The position numbers and the translations under genes are program-made. DNA of 64,000 nucleotides from Candidatus Latescibacterota bacterium. GTDB lineage: Bacteria; Latescibacterota; UBA2968; UBA8231. Positions 28,114 through 37,676 of this stretch are shown piece by piece; position 1 is the stretch's first letter, and each line of letters begins with the position of its first letter. The notes under the pieces are model-generated. The model had not been told where the DNA came from. It saw only the letters and a program-made list of their open reading frames with translations, and ran no database searches. The stretch spans positions 3,136,001-3,200,000 of the forward strand of contig OZ241867.1 of NCBI GenBank assembly GCA_965203175.1, in the 5' to 3' direction.

Positions 28114-29539
28114 GCCCGTGCCGCACGAGGTGATCCCTTGTGACCGGCTGCCAGCGGGGCAGTACCGCGACCTGCCTGAGCCGCCCCACTGGCGCAAGCT
28201 GGTCGGGCCGAGCATCCTGCTGTTGGGGCTTTCGCTGGGCAGCGGGGAGTTTGTGCTCTGGCCCTACATAACGTACAAGTTCGGCTTCGTGGTGTTCTGG
28301 GCCTGTATGGTGGGGGTGCTGACCCAGTATTTCATCAACATGGAAATCGAGCGCTGGACCCTGGCTACTGGCGAGACCGCGGTGACTGGGTTTTGTCGCC
28401 AATGGTCGGGCTGGGCTGGGGTTTTTCTGGTGTGTAACGTGGTCCCGTGGATGTGGCCGGGCTGGGCGTCTGGGGCGGCGACCATCCTGACGTGGGAATT
28501 TGGCGGCGACGAGAGTACGCGGGTCGGCTATTCGATTGCGAGTCTGTTGGTGGTTGGGTTGGCGCTGAGTTTGGGGCCGGTGGTGTACCGCACGGTAGAG
28601 CGCATTCAGACGGTGCTGATCGCCGCGGTGCTGGTCCTGTTGGTGGTCATTTTCTTTTTGGTAGTAGAGCCAATTCACGTGTGGGACATGTGCAAGGGCA
28701 TCGTCAATATCGGCCACATCCCAGAGGAGATGGAACTGCCGCTCTTTTTGGGTGCCTTGGCCTTTGCGGGTGCTGGCGGGACGATGAACTTGGCACAGAG
28801 CGATTTCGTCCGCGACAAAGGCTATGCCATGGGCGCGTACGTAGGGCGGCTGACTAGCCCGCTGACCGGGCGGGAAGAGGCCGTGGGCGATATTGGCTAT
28901 CACTTTGAGCAGACGCCTGAGAACATGCGGCGCTGGCGCGGCTGGTGGCAGGCGGCCAATCGCGAGCACTTGATTACCTTCTACCTGCTCTCGGTCTTGT
29001 CGCTGATGCTGCTGTCGCTTATTGCCTACGCCACTACGAGACAGGCCCCTGGGTTGGAGCAGGGGTTGGGTTTTGTCGGGACTGAGGGCGACTTTATCGC
29101 GCGGGAGCGCGGGAGCTTTTTCAAGCACCTCTTCAACTGGATGGGCATCGCCATTCTGATGACGACCGAGTTGGGGCTGTTGGACGCCTGCTCACGCATC
29201 TCCACCGACATCATTAAGACGAACTGGCTGCGCGAACACACCAAGTGGACGCGGAACCGGCTCTATTTCCTTCTGCTGTGGGCGCAGATCCTCTTCGGCG
29301 TGCTGATTATGCTCTCGGACTTCAATAAGCCGGTGCAGTTGCTGGTCTTGAGTGCCTCGCTCAACGCGGGAGTTATGCTGCTGTATTCGGTATTGCTCTT
29401 GTGGCAAAACAACCGCGTGCTCAAAGGGGCGCTGGCCATGCACCCGGTGCGCTTTGTGGCCTTGATTTGGGCCTGCGCCTTCTTTGGCTATTTCTCATTT
29501 GTCACGCTGCGGGAGCAGTTGCCCAAGCTCTGGGGGTGA
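28103..29539 (+). CDS. Nramp/YcsG-like APC-superfamily transporter
   Basis: GPSILLLGLSLGSGEFVLWP, ERWTLATGE. Confidence 0.8.
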   Translation: MEARPVPHEVIPCDRLPAGQYRDLPEPPHWRKLVGPSILLLGLSLGSGEFVLWPYITYKFGFVVFWACMVGVLTQYFINMEIERWTLATGETAVTGFCRQWSGWAGVFLVCNVVPWMWPGWASGAATILTWEFGGDESTRVGYSIASLLVVGLALSLGPVVYRTVERIQTVLIAAVLVLLVVIFFLVVEPIHVWDMCKGIVNIGHIPEEMELPLFLGALAFAGAGGTMNLAQSDFVRDKGYAMGAYVGRLTSPLTGREEAVGDIGYHFEQTPENMRRWRGWWQAANREHLITFYLLSVLSLMLLSLIAYATTRQAPGLEQGLGFVGTEGDFIARERGSFFKHLFNWMGIAILMTTELGLLDACSRISTDIIKTNWLREHTKWTRNRLYFLLLWAQILFGVLIMLSDFNKPVQLLVLSASLNAGVMLLYSVLLLWQNNRVLKGALAMHPVRFVALIWACAFFGYFSFVTLREQLPKLWG

Positions 29540-29578
29540 GGGAATGCGGAGAGAATGTTTCGCTTGACAGAGGTACGT

Positions 29579-29882
29579 GTCGGGGGAAGCATTTTTGTCA
29601 TTCTGAGCGCAGCGAAGAATCTCTTTCTGGGTAGCTTTCTTTTGAGTTCGGTGCTCTTTTATAGGCTGGTGGGTAGGAGATGCTTCGTCAGCCTGACGGC
29701 TTCCTCAGCATGACAGGGAGTTTTACGGTTCTGATGGTACTATGGTCGGGGGAAGCGTTTTTGTCATTCTGAGCGCAGCGAAGAATCTCTTTCTGGGGAG
29801 TTTTTCTTTTTGATTAGATGATTTTTTTAGGCTATTGAGGTAGGAGATGCTTCGTCAGCCTGACGGCTTCCTCAGCATGACA
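29579..29882. repeat. Two tandem REP-like stem-loop units (29579-29715, 29745-29882)
   Basis: Each unit is TGTCATTCTGAGCGCAGCGAAGAATCT - variable T-rich loop - AGATGCTTCGTCAGCCTGACGGCTTCCTCAGCATGACA. The arms are identical between copies. Confidence 0.9.
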
Positions 29883-29885
29883 AGA

Positions 29886-30191
29886 ATGGAATATGAGACG
29901 ATACGATCAGTGAACGAATACTTCGTCTACATCATGACAAATCGATCAGGAACCCTCTATATAGGTGTTACCAACAATCTGCAAAGAAGAATCTATGAAC
30001 ATAAACACAAGCTAGTTTCAGGTTTCACAAGCAGATATAACATCAATAGACTGATATACTTTGAGGCGACATCCGACATCCTCGAAGCTATATCAAGAGA
30101 GAAACAGCTAAAGGGATGGACGCGAAAGAGAAAACTCGATCTGATAAGAACCACCAACCCAACGTTCGCCGATTTGTCTGAGGACTGGTAA
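29886..30191 (+). CDS. Stand-alone GIY-YIG nuclease (UPF0213-like)
   Basis: YFVYIM...LYIGVTNNLQRRIYEHK, FTSRY, AISREKQLKGWTR; AT-rich. Start is 29886 or 29910. Confidence 0.92.
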   Translation: MEYETIRSVNEYFVYIMTNRSGTLYIGVTNNLQRRIYEHKHKLVSGFTSRYNINRLIYFEATSDILEAISREKQLKGWTRKRKLDLIRTTNPTFADLSEDW

Positions 30192-30222
30192 CGGCAGAAA
30201 ATTTTGCAAAAGGCAATGGCAA

Positions 30223-33200
30223 TTGGCTAGCCGAACAAGCCTCCGGGTGTTAAGCACGGAGGCGTTCCTTTTTTTCATAGCTTTACTGCTGGCAAGCCCG
30301 GTGCTTGCCGCCGAGTCCGAGCGGGAAGTGCGTCTGCGGCACACGGTGGAGACGCTCTCTGCACCCGCCTCGCGGATGACGGGCTATCCTGGGGCCACAG
30401 CGGCTCGCGAGTGGCTGGTCGCCGAGTTAGAGAGTTTGGGGATAGCAGAGGTATATCGGCACGAGTTTCCGGTGTTGGTGCCGATTGACGAGGGGTTCTG
30501 GCTTGAATGCGCAGGCGAGCGGTTCGAATTGTTCGGCGTCTGGCCCAATTTGGTGCGGACGCCAACCCTGCCGGCTGAGGGACTTGAGGGGCAGTTGGTG
30601 TATGGCGGGGATGGCAGCCGCCTTGAAGGGCAGCCGGTGGCTGGGCGGATCGTCCTGCTTGACTATGTCTCGGGTACAGCTTGGGTGGATGCGTTTCACT
30701 TGGGGGCCGCTGCCGTGGTGTTTTTGGAATCGGCCGGGGCGCATCGCAAGGAAGCCGAGCAAAAGTTCCTCGACGTGCCGGCCGACTTGCCGCGTCTCTA
30801 TGCGCGCAAAGACGTGGCGGAACGTTTGCGGGTGTTGTCAAGGTCGCAGGCGCAGGTGCGCTTGCGGGGGCGGATGACGTGGCGGGAGGTGGCTGCGCAG
30901 AACTTGGTCGCCGTGATCCCTGGGCACGATGCGACGCTGAAGGAGGAGGTCATTTTCCTCGCCGCGCATTACGACGCCGTGTCGCCAGTGCCAGCGTTAG
31001 CGCCGGGGGCCGAGCAAGCTGTGAGTGCGGCGGCGCTGTTGGAATTGGCCCGGGGATTTGCCGCGCGACCGCCCAAGCGCACGGTCGCGTTGCTGTGGAC
31101 GGCTGGGCATTTCCAGAACATGGCGGGGATGCGCCATTTTGCGCCGTTGCTGGCGGCTGCGGGGCAGCGGGAGGGCGAGGTAGAGGAGACCGCACTGTTG
31201 CGGCGGCTCAGCGCGCTGAAGACGCGTTTATTGCTGTGGATGGCCGGGCACTTCCAGAACATGGCAGGTATGCGTCATTTTGCGCCGTTGTTGCTAGCGG
31301 CTGCGGGACAGCGGGAGGGCGAGGTGGAGGAGACCGCGCTTTTGCGGCGACTCAGCGCGCTGGAGACGCGCTTTTTGGTGGGGTTGGATCTGTCGTCGCA
31401 CAGTCCGCGACTTGGGGCGTTCAGGCCGACAGAGCCGTATCGCGTTTCCTTGCTCCCGCCGCCGATCACCGAGCGGTTGTTAAAGCTGGTAACGGCGTAC
31501 GAAGACTCCGCGTTGGGGGGTAAGCGGGTGCTGGTCAATGGCCTGAAGCAGGACTTTGCCCGCCAGGGTTTAGGGGGAATGAGCCTGACGGTGCCATTGG
31601 ATGCGTCTGTCGCGGCCCTCACCGGATGTCCGGCGTTGGCCTTTTGCACGGTCAACGACAGCCGCGCTCGCTTTGACGCGCCCGACGATGATCCTGCGGC
31701 GGTGCGCTTTGACTGGTTGGCTGGTCAAGTTGCGCTGTTGCAGGGTGTGCTGCCCGCGCTCATTGACGACCCGGAGTTGGAGCCGTGGGCTTGGGGTAAC
31801 AATGCGTTTGGCACCATTCGCGGGGAGGTGGTTCACTATGGGCCGCGCAGCTATCTGCCGGATCAGCCTACGGCCGGAGCGTTGGTGCGGGTGCGGCTGC
31901 GCCATCCGACGTTGGCTGGGGTGCGGCCGGATTTTTGGGCGGCGGTGGATGATTCGGGGCGGTTTGCCATTCCCGGGGTCGAGTCGGGGATCATCTACAC
32001 GAAGCCGGTGCGGTTGGAAGCGTATCGGCTCGATGCGGAGACCGGGGCGGTGACGGATGCGCCGGACTGGGGGATCAATGGGGAGCGCAAGTTGCCGGGG
32101 CGCGCGCTGACGGTGACGATGGATGGTGCTGAGGAAGAGGAGCAGATCGTCACTGCTCCGCTGCGGGGGACGACGCTGTTTGGGATTTTTGATCCGCGCA
32201 ATTTGTTGACTTTGGAGCGCGTGCAAGCGATTGACGCGGCACTGGAAGCCGAGCCGGTGGTGTACGGGGCCTGCCTGCCGCTGACGGCTTCGGAAATGGA
32301 GTTATTCAGCTATGTGAATCGGGTGGGGTCGTGGACGGAGCCGGTCGCCGTGATTTTTACCCAGCCTAACGAGCGGTTCAAGGCCGTGATGGCAACGGGC
32401 CGCTATGGGTTGGGGCGACGCCTGCTGTTGCTCAACGGGACGGAGGATGTTCCGAGCGGGGTGGGCTATGCGGTCGATGGGAAGGGGCGCGTCGTGGAGA
32501 CGGTGTATCGGGTGGCTGCCGATATGCACACGCTCAATGGCGAGCGGATTGACCGGCTGGAGCGACACGGCGTGCGCAATGGACGGTTGGCGGCCTTTCA
32601 CGAGCGGTCGGCTGGACTACTGGCAGAGGCAGCAGTGGCGCGCGCCGAGCATCGGCACCAAGATTTTTTCGATCGGGCGCGGCGCGCTTGGGCACTGGCC
32701 GCGGCGGCCTATCGGGACGTGGAGCGGACGCAAGCGGGGGTGGTGCAGGGCGCGCTCTTTTTGTTGGCTGTGCTGATTCCCTTTGCCCACTTTGCCGAGC
32801 GGTTGGCGTTTGGGTTTGCCGATTTGCGGCGGCAGGTATTTGGGTATTTCGCGCTCTTTCTCGTTGGCTTTGTCGCCCTGCGCTACGTGCATCCGGCCTT
32901 TGAGTTGTCGATCTCGCCGGCGATCATCCTGCTCGGTTTCGTCATCTTGGCATTGGGGATTTTGGTCACGTTTCTGGGGATGTCGCGGTTAAATCGGGAG
33001 TTGCAGGCGTTAGGCAATCGACGCGGGCAGATCGCGGTGCAGCGATCGGGCGCAGTGCTGAGCTCAGTCGCCGTGGGGTTGGCGCATTTGCGGCGACGGC
33101 CGTGGCGCACGGGGCTGACCTGCGCGACGCTGGTGTTGTTGACCTTTGCCGTGCTGTCCTTCACGTCGATCCGTGCTGCACTGCATACGAATTGGATTCC

Positions 33201-34764
33201 GATTGGCGCGGACGCGGCGTACGAGGGCGCGTTGGTGCGGATGCCGGGCTGGCAGGCTATGGAGATGGAGGGCTACGACTTGTTGCGCGATTGGTTTGGA
33301 GACGAGCAGGTCGCGCCTCGGGCGTGGCTGGCGGTAAGATCGCTGGCGTCTTCCTACCGGGTCGAGCGGGATGACGCGGCGGAGCGAGCGGTCGGGGTTT
33401 GGGGATTTGTTGGGCTAGCGGCGCAAGAAGAGGATTTGCTCGGGCCGGAGGTGATAGCCGGGCGGTGGCTGCGGCCCGGGGAAGAGGATGCCTGTCTGTT
33501 GCCGGTGGGATTGGCGGATTCTTTGGGGGTCAGTGCCGAGGGATTGGAGCAGGAGCGGGTGCGGGTTTTTGGAGAGGTGTTTCGGGTCGTTGGGTTGCTT
33601 GCAGATGACGCGTTGGATCGGCTCGATCTGAATGGCGAGCCGCTGACCCCGTTGGATCCAGAGGCGCAACAGCCAGCGGAAGCGGAAGTGGGACGCGAGC
33701 AGGGGGGGAAGTTGCGGCCGTTTGCCCATTTGCCCGCGTCGGCAACGCCAGTTTTGCCGTTTGCCGCGCTGATGCGGTGGGAAGGGGTGCGGTTGGCGTC
33801 GGTGGGGATCCGGGTGGATGGGGGCACGGAAGAGGTTCGCAGTGCACTGGTAGAGTTGGCGGAGACGTTGGACTTGAACTTGTTCGCCGGCCTCGGAGGG
33901 CAGCGCTTGCTCGTCAATTCAGTTGGGGTGGCGTCGGTGTCGGGATGGGGGTCGCTGATCGTGCCGCTGCTGATCGCCGGGTTGATCGTGTTCAACACCA
34001 TGCTCGGAGCCGTGTACGAGCGGACGCAGGAAATCGGCACCTTTAACGCGGTTGGCTTAGCCCCCGGGCACGTTAGCGGGCTGTTCATGGCGGAAGCAGT
34101 GGCTTTGGGGGTGGTCGGCACGGTCGCTGGGTATTTGCTGGGGCAAGGTGCGGCGCAGCTTTTGAGTCAAAGGGGATTTCTGCCGGGGTTGGAGCTGAAT
34201 TACTCGTCGCTGGGGGCGGTGCTCACCGTCGGCGCGATTGCGCTGTTGGTGGTGGCGTCGGCGCTCTATCCGGCGCGCATGGCTGGGCGGATCTGCACGC
34301 CGGGGATTGAACGGCGGTGGAAGCTGCCGGTCGTCTCAGGCGAGCATTTGCGCGTGCAACTGCCCTTCTCGCTGGCGCGGCGCGAAGCGCTCGGCATGGC
34401 AGCGTTCCAAGCGGAATCGTGGGCGGCCAATCAGGAGCAGTCGATCGGGGCGGGATTTTACGTCGAAGCCCTGCAGGTGGAGCAGGTGGGGGAGAAGGTA
34501 CGCGTGGCGGCACAGGTGTGGTTGGCGCCGTTTGACCAAGGCGTGGTGCAAGAGACCGCGATGGAGATAGGGCCGGGGGCGGATCTGCACTATTGCGATA
34601 TTCACGTTGATTTGACGTTGGTGGCTGGAGATCTGGCTACGTGGCAGCGGGTGGTGCGCACTTTTTTGGACGATGTGCGCAAACAATTTTTGGTCTGGCG
34701 CACCTTGGATGCGGAGAGCCGCCGCTACTACGCCGAGCAGTTGCCGCAGTGGGAGCGGGGCTGA
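30223..34764 (+). CDS. Giant M28 peptidase-like / FtsX-MacB-like permease fusion protein
   Basis: Signal peptide and AAHYD...PGAEQ M28-like domain, TM block, LRRRPWRTGLT MacB start, and FtsX motif VYERTQEIGTFNAVGL. Confidence 0.85.
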   Translation: MASRTSLRVLSTEAFLFFIALLLASPVLAAESEREVRLRHTVETLSAPASRMTGYPGATAAREWLVAELESLGIAEVYRHEFPVLVPIDEGFWLECAGERFELFGVWPNLVRTPTLPAEGLEGQLVYGGDGSRLEGQPVAGRIVLLDYVSGTAWVDAFHLGAAAVVFLESAGAHRKEAEQKFLDVPADLPRLYARKDVAERLRVLSRSQAQVRLRGRMTWREVAAQNLVAVIPGHDATLKEEVIFLAAHYDAVSPVPALAPGAEQAVSAAALLELARGFAARPPKRTVALLWTAGHFQNMAGMRHFAPLLAAAGQREGEVEETALLRRLSALKTRLLLWMAGHFQNMAGMRHFAPLLLAAAGQREGEVEETALLRRLSALETRFLVGLDLSSHSPRLGAFRPTEPYRVSLLPPPITERLLKLVTAYEDSALGGKRVLVNGLKQDFARQGLGGMSLTVPLDASVAALTGCPALAFCTVNDSRARFDAPDDDPAAVRFDWLAGQVALLQGVLPALIDDPELEPWAWGNNAFGTIRGEVVHYGPRSYLPDQPTAGALVRVRLRHPTLAGVRPDFWAAVDDSGRFAIPGVESGIIYTKPVRLEAYRLDAETGAVTDAPDWGINGERKLPGRALTVTMDGAEEEEQIVTAPLRGTTLFGIFDPRNLLTLERVQAIDAALEAEPVVYGACLPLTASEMELFSYVNRVGSWTEPVAVIFTQPNERFKAVMATGRYGLGRRLLLLNGTEDVPSGVGYAVDGKGRVVETVYRVAADMHTLNGERIDRLERHGVRNGRLAAFHERSAGLLAEAAVARAEHRHQDFFDRARRAWALAAAAYRDVERTQAGVVQGALFLLAVLIPFAHFAERLAFGFADLRRQVFGYFALFLVGFVALRYVHPAFELSISPAIILLGFVILALGILVTFLGMSRLNRELQALGNRRGQIAVQRSGAVLSSVAVGLAHLRRRPWRTGLTCATLVLLTFAVLSFTSIRAALHTNWIPIGADAAYEGALVRMPGWQAMEMEGYDLLRDWFGDEQVAPRAWLAVRSLASSYRVERDDAAERAVGVWGFVGLAAQEEDLLGPEVIAGRWLRPGEEDACLLPVGLADSLGVSAEGLEQERVRVFGEVFRVVGLLADDALDRLDLNGEPLTPLDPEAQQPAEAEVGREQGGKLRPFAHLPASATPVLPFAALMRWEGVRLASVGIRVDGGTEEVRSALVELAETLDLNLFAGLGGQRLLVNSVGVASVSGWGSLIVPLLIAGLIVFNTMLGAVYERTQEIGTFNAVGLAPGHVSGLFMAEAVALGVVGTVAGYLLGQGAAQLLSQRGFLPGLELNYSSLGAVLTVGAIALLVVASALYPARMAGRICTPGIERRWKLPVVSGEHLRVQLPFSLARREALGMAAFQAESWAANQEQSIGAGFYVEALQVEQVGEKVRVAAQVWLAPFDQGVVQETAMEIGPGADLHYCDIHVDLTLVAGDLATWQRVVRTFLDDVRKQFLVWRTLDAESRRYYAEQLPQWERG
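31090..31374 (+). repeat. In-frame internal tandem duplication (141 + 144 bp)
   Basis: LLW.AGHFQNMAGMRHFAPLL(L)AAAGQREGEVEETALLRRLSAL.TR occurs twice. Confidence 0.92.
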
Positions 34765-34767
34765 ACG

Positions 34768-35595
34768 TTACGCGGGAACTGGAAAATCGGGCTTGCCATA
34801 AACCATGTTGTGAAACACCTGCCAGAAGGATTCGCCTTCGCACCGAATCGTAACGTCATCTACGCGCTCAACCCCTTCTGGCACGGAAAGATGGTTGGGG
34901 TCGGGGTGCGTCACCTCCACCACTACGGGATGTTTTGCAATGAGCGGTTCGATATTTTTTGCGGCCGCCATGGCTTCTTGTACGCGCGTCTTAATCAGGG
35001 CGCGGGCATCTGTTGGCGTCATGTGCAGGGCGCATAATTCTCCTAGGCCTTCTTTTACAGGTGCGGTGACAATGCCGTGGACCCAGCGCTCGGATTCGGT
35101 ACATGCGTGCAGATCGCCTGCTGTAAAGACCCAGGGAATGCCCAGATGACCACACAAATACGCCGCCATTTCCATCTCGCCGACTTCGGCACCATTGACG
35201 CGATAGACCATATCGCGGCTCATCGAATGGGCGAGGCATCCGTTGGGCGTGCCGGTCATTGCGTGCATGCCCACTTGGATCAAGGCGTCGAATCTGGGCG
35301 ATAAGCCCGGCAACCAGCACGGCCGCTTGACACCCTGGACCAGTTTTACGCCTGAGATCAATTCTTCGGACAAAATCGTGCGCCCGGCCCCATGCGCGTC
35401 ATTGATGATCACTTCTTCGACACCTGCTGCAAATAAGCCTTCGGCCGCGGCGTTGACTTCGCCGGTCAACAAGCGCTGCATCTCGGCGCGGTCGTACACG
35501 CCTTTTGCCGTTGTCGCATCGTCCCGGTGCCTCGGGTCCCAATCATCGACGCCGGCCACGCCTTCCAAATCGGTCATCATATAAACGGATTTCAC
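34768..35595 (-). CDS. M55-family D-aminopeptidase (DppA-like)
   Basis: TDLEGVAGV, INDAHG, GMHAM, LAHS motifs. Confidence 0.9.
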   Translation of the reverse strand: MKSVYMMTDLEGVAGVDDWDPRHRDDATTAKGVYDRAEMQRLLTGEVNAAAEGLFAAGVEEVIINDAHGAGRTILSEELISGVKLVQGVKRPCWLPGLSPRFDALIQVGMHAMTGTPNGCLAHSMSRDMVYRVNGAEVGEMEMAAYLCGHLGIPWVFTAGDLHACTESERWVHGIVTAPVKEGLGELCALHMTPTDARALIKTRVQEAMAAAKNIEPLIAKHPVVVEVTHPDPNHLSVPEGVERVDDVTIRCEGESFWQVFHNMVYGKPDFPVPA

Positions 35596-35771
35596 GATTG
35601 TGGGATTCTCCTACTTTGAGGGTATTTCTGAGATCTTTTGCGTACTTCAAATTAATGTTTATGGATGGAATACCAAGCCCCTAAGTCAATATAGGATTCT
35701 TCGGGAGGTCTAAAGCCTCAAAGGTTTGGCAGCTAGGGGACAACGCAAAGAATGTTAGAAAGGTTTATGAG

Positions 35772-37676
35772 ATGGCCGCGCTGCGCTTAGCCGCGCTCAT
35801 CGTCGGCATCACGGTCGCAAGCGGGTGGTTGCTCCAGCGCGTCGGATTGCTGTACAACGGCCCGCATTTGGCCGGGGCCGGGAGTATGCCGGGGGCGCAG
35901 GTCTTTCTCGCCGTGCCGTTAGGGGCTTTGGCGGCGGCTACCTTAATGCGTCGTTTGCTTGGCCCGGGGGATCGTGCGGTGCTTTACGCTGCGCTGGTCA
36001 TCGGGGTGTCGGCTACGGCTTCCGGTCTGATGCACCGGTTTTTGCCGGGTTTGGTGACGGGTTTCTACGGGGGATTTGCCCAGCCGACCGGTCCCTATTA
36101 TCGCTTTTTGAAAGTCGTCCCGGATTGGTTGGTGCCGGGAGGGCCGAATGAGGCTCCGGCCATCGGGGCGTTTGAGGGTGGCGCGGCCGTGCCTTGGGGA
36201 GCGTGGCTGTGGCCTCTGGTGATGTGGAGCGCGTTTTTCGGCGCATTTTTTCTGACCTGCTTTTGCTTGGTGTGGCTGTTGCGACAGCGCTGGCTGGAGA
36301 CCGAGCGGTTGGGATTCCCGTTGCTGGAAGTGCCCCGCGCCCTCATTGCCGGAGACCTGTTTGGCCAGCGGCTGTTTTGGTGGGGTGCGTTGGTGCCGGG
36401 CGTGCTGTTGGGGATCAATGGGTTGCACCACTACACGCCGACTGTGCCCGAGATCGACACGAGCTTGAACATGGCGCATTTCCTGCTCGATGACCCGTGG
36501 AAAGCCATGGCGCCCTTTGAGTCGCCGTTCCACTTCGAGTTTGTTCCCCTGTTGGTGGGCGCGGCTTTTCTCACTCCAGTGGAAGTGTCGTTCAGCACGT
36601 GGTTTTTCTATCTGCTCACCCGCGTGCAATTGCTGGTGGCCCACTTCCTCGGGCGCCTCGAATATCGCGGCGACTTCATCCCTGGGCACGGGTCGCAGTG
36701 GCTAGATTGGCCGGGTCACTTTCCCTTTTTTATGACGCAGGCACGCGGCGGCTTGCTGTTTTTGGGGCTGTTCAGCTTGTGGTCGGCGCGACGGGCACTG
36801 GCGGCGGCGATTTCTTGGCGCAGCCGAGCGACGTGGTGGCTGGTGGCTGGGTTGCTGATGATGTGGGCGTGGATTACGGCGTTGGGGGTGCCGCCGCTGA
36901 TGGGCATTGCGGCGCTGGTGCTGGTGTTGCTGATGGCGTTGACGTTTGCGCGGCTGCGGATCGACGGGGGCCTGCCCATTGTGGGGATGCCGCAGATTGT
37001 GGGCTACCTGTTCTTCGTGATTTTGGGAACCGGCGCTGGACATTTTGCCGACGAGACCTACATGGGTTTTGGCTTTTTGGCGGTGTTTGGCTTTACGATG
37101 ATTGGGATTTGGCCCGCCCTGCAATTTGAGGGTCTCAAGTTGGCCGATATGTACGGGGTGTCGCCGCGCCGCTTGATTTGGGGGATGGCTTTGGGGTTGG
37201 CTGTTGGGCTAGGGGCTGGATATGTGTTTTCGCTGGAAACGATCTACGAGTACGGGTTGTTTGCTTTGCAGGAACAGGGCGGCGCGCGGTCTGAAGCGCG
37301 GATTGGCCGCTACTACAACTACTTGTTCAAAGACGCGGGCACGGTGGACGGGGGCACGGACTGGGTGCGCTTGGGATTTCACGCGATTGGGGCGGGCTTT
37401 ACCTATTTCTTGGCGTTGATGCGCCAGCACTTTCTGCGCTGGCCCTTGCATCCGATGGGCTTTGTGTTTGGCACGGGTTTTGGCTGGCTGGTGTGGGGGT
37501 CGGTGTTGTGCGGCTGGCTGTGCAAGTGGCTGGCGGTGCGCTACGGCGGGGCACAGACCTACCGGCGGGTCATGCCGTTTTTCTTGGGGATGATTTGCGG
37601 CGAGGTCGCGATGCGGCTTGTATGGGCCGCGGTTGCGCTGGTGCAAGGTGAGATGGGGGGTGGATACCGACCGTGA
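35772..37676 (+). CDS. DUF6785/DUF6784-like polytopic membrane protein
   Basis: WLETERLGFPL and WPLHPMG...WLCKWLAVRYGG motifs. Confidence 0.78.
   Translation: MAALRLAALIVGITVASGWLLQRVGLLYNGPHLAGAGSMPGAQVFLAVPLGALAAATLMRRLLGPGDRAVLYAALVIGVSATASGLMHRFLPGLVTGFYGGFAQPTGPYYRFLKVVPDWLVPGGPNEAPAIGAFEGGAAVPWGAWLWPLVMWSAFFGAFFLTCFCLVWLLRQRWLETERLGFPLLEVPRALIAGDLFGQRLFWWGALVPGVLLGINGLHHYTPTVPEIDTSLNMAHFLLDDPWKAMAPFESPFHFEFVPLLVGAAFLTPVEVSFSTWFFYLLTRVQLLVAHFLGRLEYRGDFIPGHGSQWLDWPGHFPFFMTQARGGLLFLGLFSLWSARRALAAAISWRSRATWWLVAGLLMMWAWITALGVPPLMGIAALVLVLLMALTFARLRIDGGLPIVGMPQIVGYLFFVILGTGAGHFADETYMGFGFLAVFGFTMIGIWPALQFEGLKLADMYGVSPRRLIWGMALGLAVGLGAGYVFSLETIYEYGLFALQEQGGARSEARIGRYYNYLFKDAGTVDGGTDWVRLGFHAIGAGFTYFLALMRQHFLRWPLHPMGFVFGTGFGWLVWGSVLCGWLCKWLAVRYGGAQTYRRVMPFFLGMICGEVAMRLVWAAVALVQGEMGGGYRP

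Noticed and set aside
29579-29882. CRISPR array interpretation of the tandem repeats
   Set aside because: Only two units, the two arms are mutually complementary, the loops resemble each other, and no cas genes are present.
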